NCBI RefSeq assembly: GCF_006345805.1 | Contig: NC_043004.1 | Span: 52,204,001-52,268,000, forward strand | DNA length: 64,000 nt | Reading direction: 5' to 3' | Source: Octopus sinensis | Taxonomy: Eukaryota | Shown here: positions 1-13,503 of the stretch, piece by piece | How the letters are laid out: every line of letters begins with the position of its first letter | How positions within the stretch are numbered: position 1 is the first letter of the stretch | The notes under the pieces: generated by a model | The model's database searches: none | The model's input: the letters and a program-made list of their open reading frames with translations, nothing else | What the model was told of the DNA's origin: nothing | Program-made: the position numbers and the translations under genes

Positions 1-400
1 ACTACCTTCCCTTGTGAGATGAAAAAAAATATAGACAGAGAATACTACTGGAAAAGATGAAGACTAAAAGAAGCAGCGCATATGCTAGGACACAACAACC
101 TCCTAACAGGACGGAGCGCAGATATGAAAAGCATATGGGAACCGGTATTAAGGAAGGATAGAAAATATTAGATGTATAAGCCCTAGAATTCCCTCCATTC
201 CGAGTTCGATTCCAGGCAGTGACCTGAATAACAACAACAACATCGAAAAATACATTAGGACTGAGAACACAGGTTCGAAATTTCCCCAAGACACCTGATG
301 AAGGCTGGAGGGTATATCAGCCGAAACGTTGTGTTAACAACAAACAACATGAGGACAAATATCCGCCAATTGTAAATAATGTAAATAATGAATTTAAAAT
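1..400 (+). mobile_element. Penelope-like element 3' end: GIY-YIG C-terminal remnant plus hammerhead-bearing terminal repeat
   Basis: Positions ~27-171 read NIDREYYWKR*RLKEAAHMLGHNNLLTGRSADMKSIWEPVL, resembling the PLE GIY-YIG tail (one in-frame stop). It is followed by CTGATGA...CCGAAACG at 295-328, typical of PLE termini. Confidence 0.7.
290..335 (+). ncRNA. Minimal type I hammerhead ribozyme
   Basis: GACAC-CTGATGA-A-GGCTG(loop 10)CAGCC-GAAA-CG-TT-GTGTT. Stem I GACAC/GTGTT, stem II GGCTG/CAGCC, palindromic stem III AACGTT, intact core; predicted cleavage GUU after 330. Confidence 0.8.
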
Positions 401-728
401 GCCTTCTATAACAAGTCCAACTTTCACCGAAATACAACAGGGATGGTTAGACAAATGATTTGTAAAGTGCCAGCTTTTTATTCTTATTCATATATCGCTG
501 GCATCAAACGCGTGACTCTAAGCCACCAAATTATTTTGCTACTCTTTGATGTCGCAGTTGTATTTCTGTATCAAGATTTCCATCATTTTGAACAGGTTCC
601 AAGGTAGACGAACGAATCGACACTATCCCTTAAAAATTTTTTTAGGAGAGTTACAAACAGCACCACACACAGGTTGAAGCATACACACACGAATACACAC
701 ATACATACATACATATGTGCATATATAT

Positions 729-870
729 GCACACTGACACAAATGTATACGCACAGACAAACAAACAGAACGCAGCTCCGATAACGGACAGAGTAAACAA
801 AGTATTGAAGAGGTTGCAAGAAGCAAAGAAAATTTTGGGAAAAATAAGAAATGTGTTGGAATCGAATCAG
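729..870. repeat. Dispersed ~140-bp repeat; other copies at ~24185-24332 and ~25400-25541
   Basis: Shared 'acactgac(g/a)ca...acaaacaaa...aa(c/t)gcagct..gataacgga.agagt.aa...ttgaa.agg...caag' after CA/TACA microsatellite in all three copies. Confidence 0.75.
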
Positions 871-2007
871 TTGAATATGCTTCAACACACGGATGCACAT
901 GAAGAATCATCCAATTCAAATACAAAAACGAAATATATATAAATATATATATATGTGAGTGTGTATGTTTGTGCGCGCGCTTGTGTATGAATGTATATAT
1001 CTATATATCTACGTCTATTGAATCAACTCAAGAAGCGTTGGTTTTCCCGAAACTATACTAGAAGACTCGTGTTCGAAGTCACTGAACCTGAACCCATGTG
1101 GTTCAGAACACACGTTGGCTATATAACGTACATAGACATATACATAATTTGAAATTTAGTTTCTAAAAGGAAAACTTCACAAACAGTTACGTCTAGTTTC
1201 TCATTGACAAAATTCAGACGATTACACAATGGAAAACGTAATTTTTTTCCTATCCTTCTCTACATTTAAGTCCGGTGAGACCTGCAAATATACATCAGAC
1301 ACTACAGATACACAGAAAAGCCATTTCTTTTTCTCCCTATGAAGTGTATAGTACGATTAACATACTTTACGATAGAGTGTATCGCCTGTAATTTCACTGT
1401 CTGATAACTTTCAGCGTTAGGTATGTATGTCTCGAGCCAATATATCGTCTATAACTCCATCACGATTTATTTTATCCACAGAGATATTACATCGATAAAA
1501 TTTAATCGATTATTTAAAGGTTTTAACTTCACAGCGTAAATATGTCATTTTTAATTTTATGATTGGTGTTATAAGCTATGCGCGATAGAGTTCACCACGA
1601 TTATGGTGAGGATGGCGACGACGACGACAACGAAGACGATGAAGACGCGGCAACAATGGTGGCGGCGACAACGATGATGATGACGATGACGACGAAGACG
1701 CCGCTGATAACGATGATGAAGACGACGACGATGGCGATCATGATGACGGCGACGATGACGTTGATTGTGATTACGAGTGTGTTGATACGTGTGTTTGTGT
1801 GTGTGCATGTGTGTTGTGTGCATGTGTGTGTGCGTGTTTGCGTGTGTGCGCGTATGATGTGTGTCTGATTCTGAGACAAACCTTTTGTGAAAAATGTCAA
1901 CGTCAACGTGATATCTGAAATCCTTTAATATCTACATAATAATTGCCGGAATAAACATGGGTTGTTTAGATGGTTGATTGAATTTTCCAGTCAAGCTATA
2001 CATCATC

Positions 2008-2046
<39 letters not shown>

Positions 2047-2580
2047 TGTGTGTGAGAGAGAGAGGGGGGGAGAAAGAGAAAGAGAAATGAGGGAGAGAGA
2101 GAAAAGTGTAAAAGAAAGATATTGTGAAAGTTAACATTAATGGTCGCCGATGAGCGCACATACGAAACTTTGTAGCAGGCAAGTGTAAAAAAAAGCCGCT
2201 AAGCATATTTACACACATTGTGAGTGAAAAGTGAGGGAAAAGAGAGTAAATGACAGAGTATGGAGGAAATATACAAATGATAAACATTAAAAAAATTTTA
2301 TTTTAAAACAATGAATATTTTCTTTTCAAACGTCGTATGTATTTCATCAGTTTCTATAAGCACCAAGAAATATGATAAAGGTTAAATTATATCCGCAAGT
2401 ATGCCTTATTTCTTACAACTACCCATTGTGCTAAAGTGTATTTCTAAAGTTATCCATTATATGTGGGATAACCATCGCGGGGACAGCATATTACCGTTAA
2501 GGCGCGAAATTGCGTTCTGATGAGGAGTTGGTGACCTGTGTCTGTTTCATGTTTGATTTTGTATTTATTATATTTTAAAC

Positions 2581-2637
<57 letters not shown>

Positions 2638-3574
2638 TATATATTATATATATATATATATATGGACATCGCATTAACAGTGAGACAGAACCTCGAGTAT
2701 GGTAGGATATAACGACATAATCGAGAATGAAATTACTTCATCATAAAATGCTTAATTTATTTATATACTCTCATTTCTGAATGTCAAAATTAAATTTAAA
2801 ATAATTAGTAGGTATATGATGGTGAGCGGTAAAAATTTTATTAATTTAATTTAGCTGTTTCTGCGAAGAAATAAGTGAATAATGAATTGAAAAAGAAATT
2901 CAAGATGTCCTACTAAGATTTCTGATCGTAAAGAATTGCTGTTCAATATATCAATTAAGTCTGTTAAATTATTAAGAGCACACAAATCAGTGAGACACAA
3001 TATGGCAATATAGATATTTATTCTTAACATGTTTCGCCAGATAATTCAGTGTGGGTAATATATTCATTGTTGAATTTCATCTTCGGCCAAAATCTTCACC
3101 CTTTGGACGATGTGTATAGACAGCAAAAAAAAAAAAAAAAAAAAAAAATTGATGTGTCAAGTGGACTCGGAAAACACTGGTGTTTCGATAGCGTTACGTC
3201 TTTTCAGTCAGAGGCATCGATTGAAGCTAAGAATCTGAGCAAGAACGGCTGTAGTTATTTACAGAATTCAACAAACAAAATAATTCTTGGTGAATTCTTA
3301 TGTTCGCAAAAGAGATAAAAGTCTAATTATAGCAAAGTTGGTTACTGCAAATTAATATTAATATTTCTAAAAGGCCTGCTACTTCACGAGTACTTTGTAT
3401 ATATGTGAGTATGTATGTAAATGAGAATACACAGACACATACACACACACACACACACACACCACACCATATATATATATTACATTATATATACATATAC
3501 ATATACATATATTATATATATATATATATATTAATATATATGCATACAACATGAATACATTTGCAATATATGTG

Positions 3575-3617
<43 letters not shown>

Positions 3618-4047
3618 GATATATATATATATTATATATACATATATATATTATTATATATATATATATATAATATGCATACAGCATGAATACATTTGCA
3701 ATATATGTGAAAATGTATGTGTATGTACGTGTGTGCGCGCGTGTATTTACGCGTATCATGGTCCTGTGTCCTATTTTCAGACGTAATGCCTACGAGAAGA
3801 TTCGTAATATATTCAACTTGGAAATAATTACGGAAAATTTATGTCTGCATATATTCAACGTTAAACAAGACCCCTTTAGTCTTGTTGGTCTCTACACAGT
3901 ATGTATGTAGTATGTATGTATGTATGTATGTATGTATGTATGTATGTATCTATTTATCTATCTACATGTCTGTCTGTCTGTCTGCCTGCTGATCTGTCCG
4001 ACTGTATATCTATCTATGTATCTATCAATCTGTGGTCATGTATATAT

Positions 4048-4266
4048 ATTTCTTTATTGCCCACAAGGGGCTAAACATAGAGGGGACAAACAATGACAGA
4101 CAAACGGATTAAGTCGATTATATCGACCCAGTGCGAAACTGGTACTTTATTTATCGACCCCGAGAGGATGAAAGGCAAAGTGGACCTCGGCGGAATTTGA
4201 ACTCAGAACGTAACGACAGACGAAATACCGCAAAGCATTTCACCCGGTGCGCTAACGTTTCTGCCA
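4048..4266 (-). mobile_element. tRNA-derived SINE family B
   Basis: Reverse complement carries the B-box-like GAGTTCAAATTCC and the body gtcgactttgcctttcatcc..ggggtcgataaa; near-identical to 28997-29230. Confidence 0.9.
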
Positions 4267-5018
4267 TGTGGTTATGTATATATGCATACATACATACATA
4301 CATACATACATACATACACACACATACACACACACATACATGCATACACAGGCATGCAAAACACATAGAAACACATATGCATACAAAAATACATACACAC
4401 ACAAACACGCGCGTGCGAGGGTGCACACATACATACCCATCACACGCACACACCTGTAGCATGTGTACGCGAGTGCTTATACCTCTATATATCTACAGAT
4501 ACAGACGCACAAACGCGATCTGGGTGTTAAAATATGTTTAAATATGTGAGCAGAGTACACGTATATGTGTCTGTAATTGTCTCTCTGTGAATTTGCTTAT
4601 GTGTTGAGTGAATGTGTACAAAAACAGCATGTATCCGTATTTTTGTGACTATGCCCTAGTTTTAAACTATTTCATTAAAGACTTTCCATATTTTTTAATT
4701 AGTATTTTTATAACTTCTGTCGGCCATTAATTTTCCAAGGTCGATCGACGTTTCAAGAACATTATGGCCGTATCATCTGTGTGAATCGTTTGTAGCGGTG
4801 ACATTTATGGCTTGTTTTTTGTTTCTTATTTTGAGAAAAACACCAACGTACTGCAGACGTTTTTTTATCAGAAAATGTGTGTGTGTGTTTATCTCTCTCT
4901 CTTTCTCTCTCTCTCTCTCTCCCTCTCTCTTTCTCTCTGTCTATCTATCTAACTATCTTCTATCTATACATACATGCATTGACATATAAATACACACATG
5001 CATACATATACGCATATG

Positions 5019-5054
<36 letters not shown>

Positions 5055-5419
5055 TATATAAATAAGTGTGTGTGTGTGAGTCTAAATGTTTATATATATT
5101 TGTCTATATAATACATTTTCTATCTATCTATCCATCAATCTATCAATTTATCAATCTATCAATCTATCAATGTATGTATGTATATACACATATACAAAAA
5201 ACATATGTTCTTTTGAGTGAAGTTATATATGTCAACATACATACTCAGAGGTAATAAAGTATTTATAGCTCCGTCTAAAGCAATTTCAGGTTTATAACCC
5301 CCATATACAGGGAGCAAACACGGGTCTAAGCAACAAAACTATAACGATTCAGAGCAACAGTATTCTCATTCATCTTTGTTGTTAACAGAGGGTAAGAGAA
5401 ATATAAAGAGAGAGCGGGC

Positions 5420-5451
<32 letters not shown>

Positions 5452-6085
5452 ACTGTAGAGACTTAGAGTGATATACAGAAATAGAGACACGTTGCGAGAG
5501 AAGGAGCGAAAAAGAGGGAGAATCTATATTTACTATTTAATTTACTGTAGGTTATCTTTTCTGTATACACTCCAAATTAGTTAGTTTTTTTTAGTAAGGC
5601 TTATATTTTACAAGAATTGCCGAAATAAGTATTAGACGATCACGAAGAGGTTATAGAACGTTGTATAGGAAAAAGGTGATCACCTGAACATATTTTCTAC
5701 TGAATATCTTAACTAAGGATTATTTTGATGTATAGAGTCAGCAATTAGTGTTTGAGATCCCTCATGTTAAATACCATGCAATATATAAAAGAATTCTATT
5801 TTTATAGATTAATTTGTGCTGCTGCTGCTACTGTTGCTGTTGTTGTTGTTGTTGTTGGTAAGCAACAAGAGAGGTAAGGGTGATTAGGTGATGGTCTAGG
5901 ACTTAGGGGCGGGAGACCCCAGACCTTGGGAAGAAAAAGACTTTGGCCGTCTTCTTGCAGTCGAGGGCTCTTCGTTGACGCCTGACACCACTGGGAAGTT
6001 GCCCTCGAAGTCTCTGGAAATGGAGGTCTCCAGGTCCAAATGCTTTAACGGCTGCTACTGTTTCTGCTATTGTTGCTGCTGCTCT

Positions 6086-6086
6086 A

Positions 6087-6142
<56 letters not shown>

Positions 6143-6143
6143 T
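6086..6143. repeat. (TAC)n microsatellite
   Basis: Direct inspection. Confidence 0.95.
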
Positions 6144-6194
6144 AGCGAAGTTGATCTTTAGTTATCTCTCCCGTCCTACTAAAATCATGATTAC

Positions 6195-6338
6195 TAAGAA
6201 ACTCGCTTCCATACACAAGTTCCAGGTTTAGTCATATTGCATGGCACACTGAGCAAGAGATTTCTACTATATCTCGGGGCCGGCCAAAACTTTGAGAGTT
6301 TATTTGGTAGATGGAAACTGAAAGAAAATCATCGTATT
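6195..6338 (+). mobile_element. Degenerate head of tRNA-derived SINE family A
   Basis: Similar to the clear copy at 34438 (ttctactata..ctcggg..gccaaa..ttggtaga.ggaaactgaaagaa). Confidence 0.7.
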
Positions 6339-6425
6339 GAGTACTGCATATGAAAATACTAGACTTCGATTGAACAATTTCTGTGAAATAAACACGACAC
6401 AACAATCTAATTATACACAAACTTT

Positions 6426-6963
<538 letters not shown>

Positions 6964-7184
6964 CATACATACATACAACATACATACATACATACATACA
7001 TACAAGCATGCATACATATATGTATGTATGTATGTTTGTATGTGTCTATGTATATACATATATATTTATATATACATACGGTAAAACAATTCTGATATAG
7101 GAGATAAACAATGGTTGTAAACCTGGCTGTTGTCGCTTTTATCCTAAAAGTATTGCATTTTTGAATGAATAATATATTTCTCCC

Positions 7185-8461
7185 TAGTAGGGCGTCCGAA
7201 AATTTCTAGGCATTTTTGAAGGATGAAAATAAATCGAATAAATTTGCTATGCAATAAAATTTTATTCATAAAACTAACCTCCATTTTTTCCTTTCGTTAT
7301 TGATTTAAGTTCATCCGCGAACTTAGACTGAAAAAGCTGACTATGGGGATGTGATGGAAGAGTAGGGAAATCTTGCATGCATTAATTTCACCTAATTTTA
7401 TTTACAACCAGAAACTAAACTAACATCTGACTGTTCAAAGAAGATTTCATTTGTAACAAGTAGAGAATTCTCTTGAAAATTGACAAAATTTAGTATCGTT
7501 ATAAAGAACCTGCAGGAAATTGGTTTAGCCTCCAAAGACATTCGTGCTAACATGGTTGCTTCTTTAGGGTATGACGCTCCGGTTTTATCAAAAATACAGC
7601 TGAATTTAGGAAGGGAAGTGAGCGTTTGACCATGAGCCAAAATCTGGACGTCCTGCAAAGAAAACCTTGGTCGTGTTCATCACATGCTGATGGATAACAG
7701 GCGATTGCCAGTAAATCAAATAAACAATACCATAAGCATATTCTGTGGGAGAATTGAGAATATGCTGCAAAATGGATTTAACATGACCAAAGTTTCTGCT
7801 CGGTGGGCGCCATGTCTTCCGCTACCTGATCAAAAACTCACCGGGCTGATCACACCAGAGGAAAATCTGACATTGGGGAATATTATGTTGCTTTCTTTGG
7901 CGATTTCTTAAAACACAATGAGTGCTGGTGTCATCACTTTGAGCTAACACTCACAAAGGGACAATCCATGCAGTGGAAACACTCCCCCTCACCTGTTCCA
8001 AATAAGGCAAAGGTTGTTTCTTCTGCTAGGAAGGGCATAGCCTCAGTCTTTTGGGATGCAAAAAGCATTGTTGTTACTGATTTATGTTCAATGGAAAGAA
8101 CTATGCCAACTTACATTGACAGTTACGGAAGGCTATCAGGACCCAGTGCTGAACAAAACAGAAGGAAGGGGTCTTGTTTCATTTTGACATTACTCTATCA
8201 CACATGTGTGAAATTGTGGTTTGGAACTGGTTTGTCATCCTTATTATTCACCTGACTTGGCTCTCTCTGACTATCGTCTGTTATGACCTCATGTCTGGTG
8301 TTTAGTAATGTTTTTGATCAACAGGATGATAACCTCTTTACCATTTGGATCCAAGCATTGCCATACCAATGGAAGAAGTGCGTGGACCGCAATGAGGACT
8401 ATGCTGAAAAATAAATATTATTAGAGTATCTTGTTGATCCTATGAATTTTTCGTCCGGCCA
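7185..8461 (+). mobile_element. Mariner (DD34D-type) transposon fossil
   Basis: Frameshifted pieces: IKNLQEIGLASKDIRANMVASLGYDAP, ENLGRVHHMLMDNRR...KVSARWAP, SMQWKHSPSPVPNKAKVVSSARKGIASVFWDAK, HPYYSPDLALSDY, WKKCVDRNEDYAEK* (stop ~8414). Degenerate TIR-like ends. Confidence 0.85.
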
Positions 8462-9200
8462 TTGTATTGAGCAGCTTCAAAATTCCATGCAAATAGAAAT
8501 GGGCTGCAGAAGTTATTTATTTAGGTGGCTTTTGTCTGCAGTCAAATCGTTTCATAATTTTTTCCGTTCTTGGCATTTTACTAGTACCTAAACAAATAAA
8601 CATCAGTTGGTAAAAGATCGGGATAATATGGTGGATACAGCAAAACGACGCACCCATGCTCATTTAACTTTGTGCTGGAAGACAATTACATATGAGGTTT
8701 GGTTTTGTCGTGTTGGGAACAAAACCAGTTTTCTGTAGCTAGTGGCAGGACACGTCAAAATTTATGGTCTGATTTGGTGGTTAGAGCTTATAATAAATAA
8801 TTCCTTTGAAAACTTACCTGACACAAATTAGGTTTGGTAGCTGTCTTTGATGGGTTTTTTTTTATGGAAATCTAAATTATCTCTGTTCATAAACAAGACT
8901 TATTGAAACTTCCAGCATCTCTGCCAGCTCCCAAACCGTGATATTTAATTTGCTGTAATGTCTACATTCAAAAGTTCGTCGTCCAACTCTGCAGGTCTTC
9001 CACAGTGACTGACATCTAATCAGAAAAACTCTATGTGTGGATTTTGCAAACAATCTACGAAAAGATGGTGCTCATACAACAGTTTCGCCATACATTTTAC
9101 AAATAGTTTTACACATTTCTACTGGATTTTCATCCTTTTTTTGAAGAACAACCTTATAAAGTAGAACAGCTTTATAAAGCCACATATCCATGTTTGACCT
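8462..9200 (-). mobile_element. Second, different mariner fossil, tail-to-tail with the first
   Basis: Reverse-strand pieces: MCKTICKMYGETVV...RRLFAK, DVSHCGRPAELDDELL, ITVWELAEMLEVS, F-QHDKTKPH, KLNEHGCVVLLYPPYYPDLLPTD, GILKL. Confidence 0.8.
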
Positions 9201-10947
9201 TCATCAGTGCAGACAAATGTGAAAGGCAAACGGAACAAACTTTCAGGTGTATGATAATCGACTAAAAGGAACTTTAAGAGCAACATGCTTCGAATAATCA
9301 GAAAAGAATACATTTCACATAATTACTTAGAACAACTATTTCATTACAATAAATACCATTTAATTCCACGAATACATAATTAACGAACATTAAATGTAAA
9401 TTTAATTTAATCACTTTACAAGCCATGTTTACCTAAGTTGTCGGGAATGTTTTATGCTATGTTCATCAGAAATCTTTACTGTCTTAAATGCTGCCCCTCA
9501 GAAAATGACCGTTGTCATGGTCAGGACGTTTTTGATATTAGTTGCCCTTGTTCGGGATGGACTTTGAGTTAATGGACAACTATAAAAATCTACACAATTC
9601 AGTCTTTCCACTGTCATTGTTGGTGCTAAAGCTAAATGCCAAATATCCCTCAACGCATATCCAACCGTCCAATAAAATAATATCCTGTAAAATCTGCTTA
9701 CCATAAAGAGGAGATGGTCACGATTGGAACGTGGTTAATCACATCTTGAATCACATTACTCTAAAGAACAAAAACAACTAAACAACAGAAGCCAACTTTA
9801 GAAAGTGAGGAAATAAAATAGGTCATATGAAATATAGAGCAAGATGGCAGCCGATATAACCTTCACCTTGGTGACGTCATCGTTAGCATTGTTGTCCTCC
9901 ATTCACTTAATCAGAGTCAGTGTGTTTGTTTTCCTGCATGCGTGTTTGTGTGTGCATTTCCCTCGTTTGCTATATGTGAGAGAGTGTAAGTGTGAATTTG
10001 CGCGATTGTTTATATATATCTCAATCTCCGAAAGAATGCCTTAAGGTAGGTAGGTACATCACTGGCTTGTAGCGTGTATACACATTCATGTATGAGTGTG
10101 TATATGTTGGGTTGTGCCCGTGTTTGTTTATAAGTAAATGTGTGTTTGTGAGTGTGTGTGTGTGCACACGCACTCGAATGTGTGTATGTCAGTGGTGTGA
10201 ATGTATGGGTGGTGTGTGTGTGGTGTATAGTGTGTATGAAAGTGCATAGAATTGTATTTTCTATGTGCGTGCATTTGATTACTAATAAAAATTCCATTAC
10301 TATGCGCACGCACGCGCATACATTCATACTCACACAAATACATTAGTATATGAATTGTTGGTAACTGAATATATATATTGGTGTGTACATACTTGAGCGT
10401 TCAATTATGTACGTATGTATGTACGCGTGAATGTATGTATGTATGTATGTATGTATGTATGTATGTATGTATATATATATATATATATAATATATATATT
10501 ATATATATAACAGCTTAGAGAAGAAGAAGAAACGAATCGAAACCAAACGAATCGAATGGTGTCCTGTACACACGCATATATATTTATATATGCATGTATA
10601 TATACATGTAGATGTAGGTACGTATATATATGTTTGTATGTATGCATATATTTTATTTATTACACTATATATATATATATATATACACACACGCATATGT
10701 TTATCCGTAGATCGAGATTTACGAATGACAGCAGATATGCGAGTGTGTGTGTGTGTACGTGCATGCATGCGTGTGTGTGCGCGCGCTTCTGTGTGTGTGT
10801 GCTTGTATGCGTATTGTGTAAAATGATGAATGTACGCAGCGGTACAAGTGTTGATTGAAATACATATATGTGTATGTATATATAAGTGCATAAATATGTG
10901 TGTGTATAAATGCTCGCGTTGTTGTTTTTGCAGGTGGTGAAAAGAAG

Positions 10948-11027
<80 letters not shown>

Positions 11028-11484
11028 TTTATAACTCGGTGTACAATATGTATGGAGGTATAACAGCATAGGTATTTGTTCATAAATGTGTGTAAATATA
11101 CATCAGTAAGTATATTTTCAAGGGTATGCAGTGCCTATGCGAGTATATCTGTATATGTGACTATATATGCGTTTGTGTGTGTACATATCTATGTATGCGT
11201 AACAAGATATAGATGTACGTCTTTCTGGAAGTTACGTTACTAATTCACTACAAAGCAACCGGCCTTAGTTTTCTATCTAATGACATATTTAAGATCAACA
11301 CATTATATATTTCCTGCAGCGTGGTACAACTCACAAGACATTTTTCTCCCCTATCTTAAAGTTTATCTGGACTTACCTTTCTCTCAGCAAAGACGTGGCG
11401 GGGGATTCTGCCAGCTAGGAATAGAAGCCAGATCGATGAACTATAAAATGTCTTGTACAAGTTTATAACATAAATTTCTATACG

Positions 11485-11486
<2 letters not shown>

Positions 11487-11564
<78 letters not shown>

Positions 11565-11565
11565 A
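11487..11565. repeat. (TCTA)n microsatellite; others at ~26998-27089 and ~29435-29520
   Basis: Direct inspection. Confidence 0.95.
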
Positions 11566-11623
11566 TTTCTATGTATCTATCTATCTTGCTAGGTAGCTAC
11601 TAAGGCAGCTTTCTAATCACTCG

Positions 11624-11687
<64 letters not shown>

Positions 11688-11698
11688 GTGTATACATA

Positions 11699-11750
<52 letters not shown>

Positions 11751-12015
11751 AATATATACATACATACATACATACATATATATATATATTATATATATTA
11801 TAATAAAAGGGTAAAATCAGTGCAGAAATTAAACCTCATAGGTAAATTTTACAAAATATTTTATAATTATATACATAATTATAATAAGGGATCGACTTTA
11901 CGCCTCATCACGCACTGCAGAAATAGACGCTAAAGTCCCTATTACCACCTTAAAATCTCCGAGAACAACACTTTATATTGTAGGCGAGCAAAACAAAAGT
12001 AATGAATCAACAAGG

Positions 12016-12069
<54 letters not shown>

Positions 12070-12276
12070 CATACATATACATAGATATACTTACATACAT
12101 ACATATACACTAACACACACACATACAGACATATACGTGTGTGTGTGCATATGCATAATATAAACATTTATTTTATAATATGATGTTACATAAAACGTAC
12201 CAAGCATTAACGTACCAATACCTATATATTTCATTCTAGTGTATCTATGTATCTATCTATCTAAAAAAAGTTAATG

Positions 12277-12307
<31 letters not shown>

Positions 12308-12331
12308 GATAGATAGATAGATAGATAGATA

Positions 12332-12390
<59 letters not shown>

Positions 12391-12401
12391 TAGATAGATA
12401 G

Positions 12402-12469
<68 letters not shown>

Positions 12470-12488
12470 TAGATAGATAGATAGATAG

Positions 12489-12520
<32 letters not shown>

Positions 12521-12720
12521 AGTTAATCCAAACATGAACGCACAAAAAAAAAACACAACAGCGCGAGGACGTGGAACAAATATAGTATTATTGCACGCTC
12601 AGGAAAGAAGGAAAGAAGGAGGGTTTATCGTTCCGAGCGGAGCTCTTCGTCGGAAACATAGGAGAAGGGAAGACAGAAGAAAATAAATCGCCAACGGTAC
12701 ACACGGGGTCACATTTTGAA
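12521..12720 (-). mobile_element. ~200-bp hammerhead-motif short element (family G), copy 1; core mutated
   Basis: Closely similar to 61592-61795 and 63434-63620, all flanked by (TA)n. Minus strand GTTT-CCGACGA-A-GAGC(TCC)GCTC-GGAA-CG-AT-AAAC at 12623-12657. Confidence 0.75.
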
Positions 12721-13317
12721 TATATATATGGCTCTGTGTTCCTGCTTAAACTTTGTTTCGGAACCTCAAATGGCGAAAGTCTTTCAAACGTAAGGTAGGA
12801 TGGCTGGGTTGATACGTATCCAGTACTACACATCCTTCTCGGAGTTGCATTACACCCAGTGAAATCTTTTTAATTCAAAGGATTATATTTCATAGTTTTG
12901 GAAACGAGTTCGAAATAAGGTTGGAACCAGACGAATTGTTTTTGTCGCCTTTTATGCAATAACTTTGTTTTTCTGGATTTTCATATTCAAAGCAAGGTAA
13001 CCATGTGGCTTCTTTAAATTGTTAATGCACTAGTTGTTTTTGTATTTCAAGTCTGGTTTGAAAAGTACCTCGTTAAATACAATACTAGATTTCTACTCCT
13101 GATTTTGTTGGTAATACATGGAGCATGACTGCAAGGTAACTCTATACATGCCCAACAATATCACAGAGTGCCTGCAAATGTGTCACAATCGGTGAGGTTA
13201 GTGAAAACGCCAGGAACACCCACGTCATATGGTTCTTACCTCATTGTAAATGTTTTGCTCAGCCTACCATGTCAATTGTTCGTCTGTGACTCATGTTGGA
13301 GTATTTCAGATATTCAT

Positions 13318-13503
13318 TTCTACTCTAGGCACAAGGCCCAACATTTTTACGGAAGGAGCCATCGATTAGATCGACCCTAATACGCAACTTAGTTTATGGG
13401 TCCCAAAAGGATGAAAGGCAAAGTCGATCTCGCCCGAATTTGAACTCAGAACGTAAAGTCAGACGAAATACCGCTAAGCTGACTTTTCTGACTTTTCTGC
13501 CAG
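13318..13503 (-). mobile_element. tRNA-derived SINE family B, degenerate
   Basis: ggatgaaaggcaaagtcga...gaatttgaactcagaacgtaa...gacgaaataccgctaagc matches the other B copies. Confidence 0.85.

Noticed and set aside
2510-2550. CTGATGAGGA hammerhead-like start
   Set aside because: No matching stem II 3' strand or GAAA follows.
5880-6050. GC-rich island with an 8-bp helix TCGAGGGC/GCCCTCGA and CGAA in HDV-ribozyme-like order (minus strand)
   Set aside because: P1 and P3 cannot be formed convincingly and L3 is too short; more likely a retroelement 3' fragment ending in (CAA)n.
11888-11913. Minus-strand GTGATGA-GGC(GTAAA)GTC-GATC in a TA-flanked 200-bp segment
   Set aside because: Three core mismatches; it may be a dead hammerhead but cannot be supported from one copy.
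12850-13100. Minus-strand LKKPHGYL resembling a Polinton ATPase C-terminus
   Set aside because: A single short motif with no supporting Walker motifs or context.
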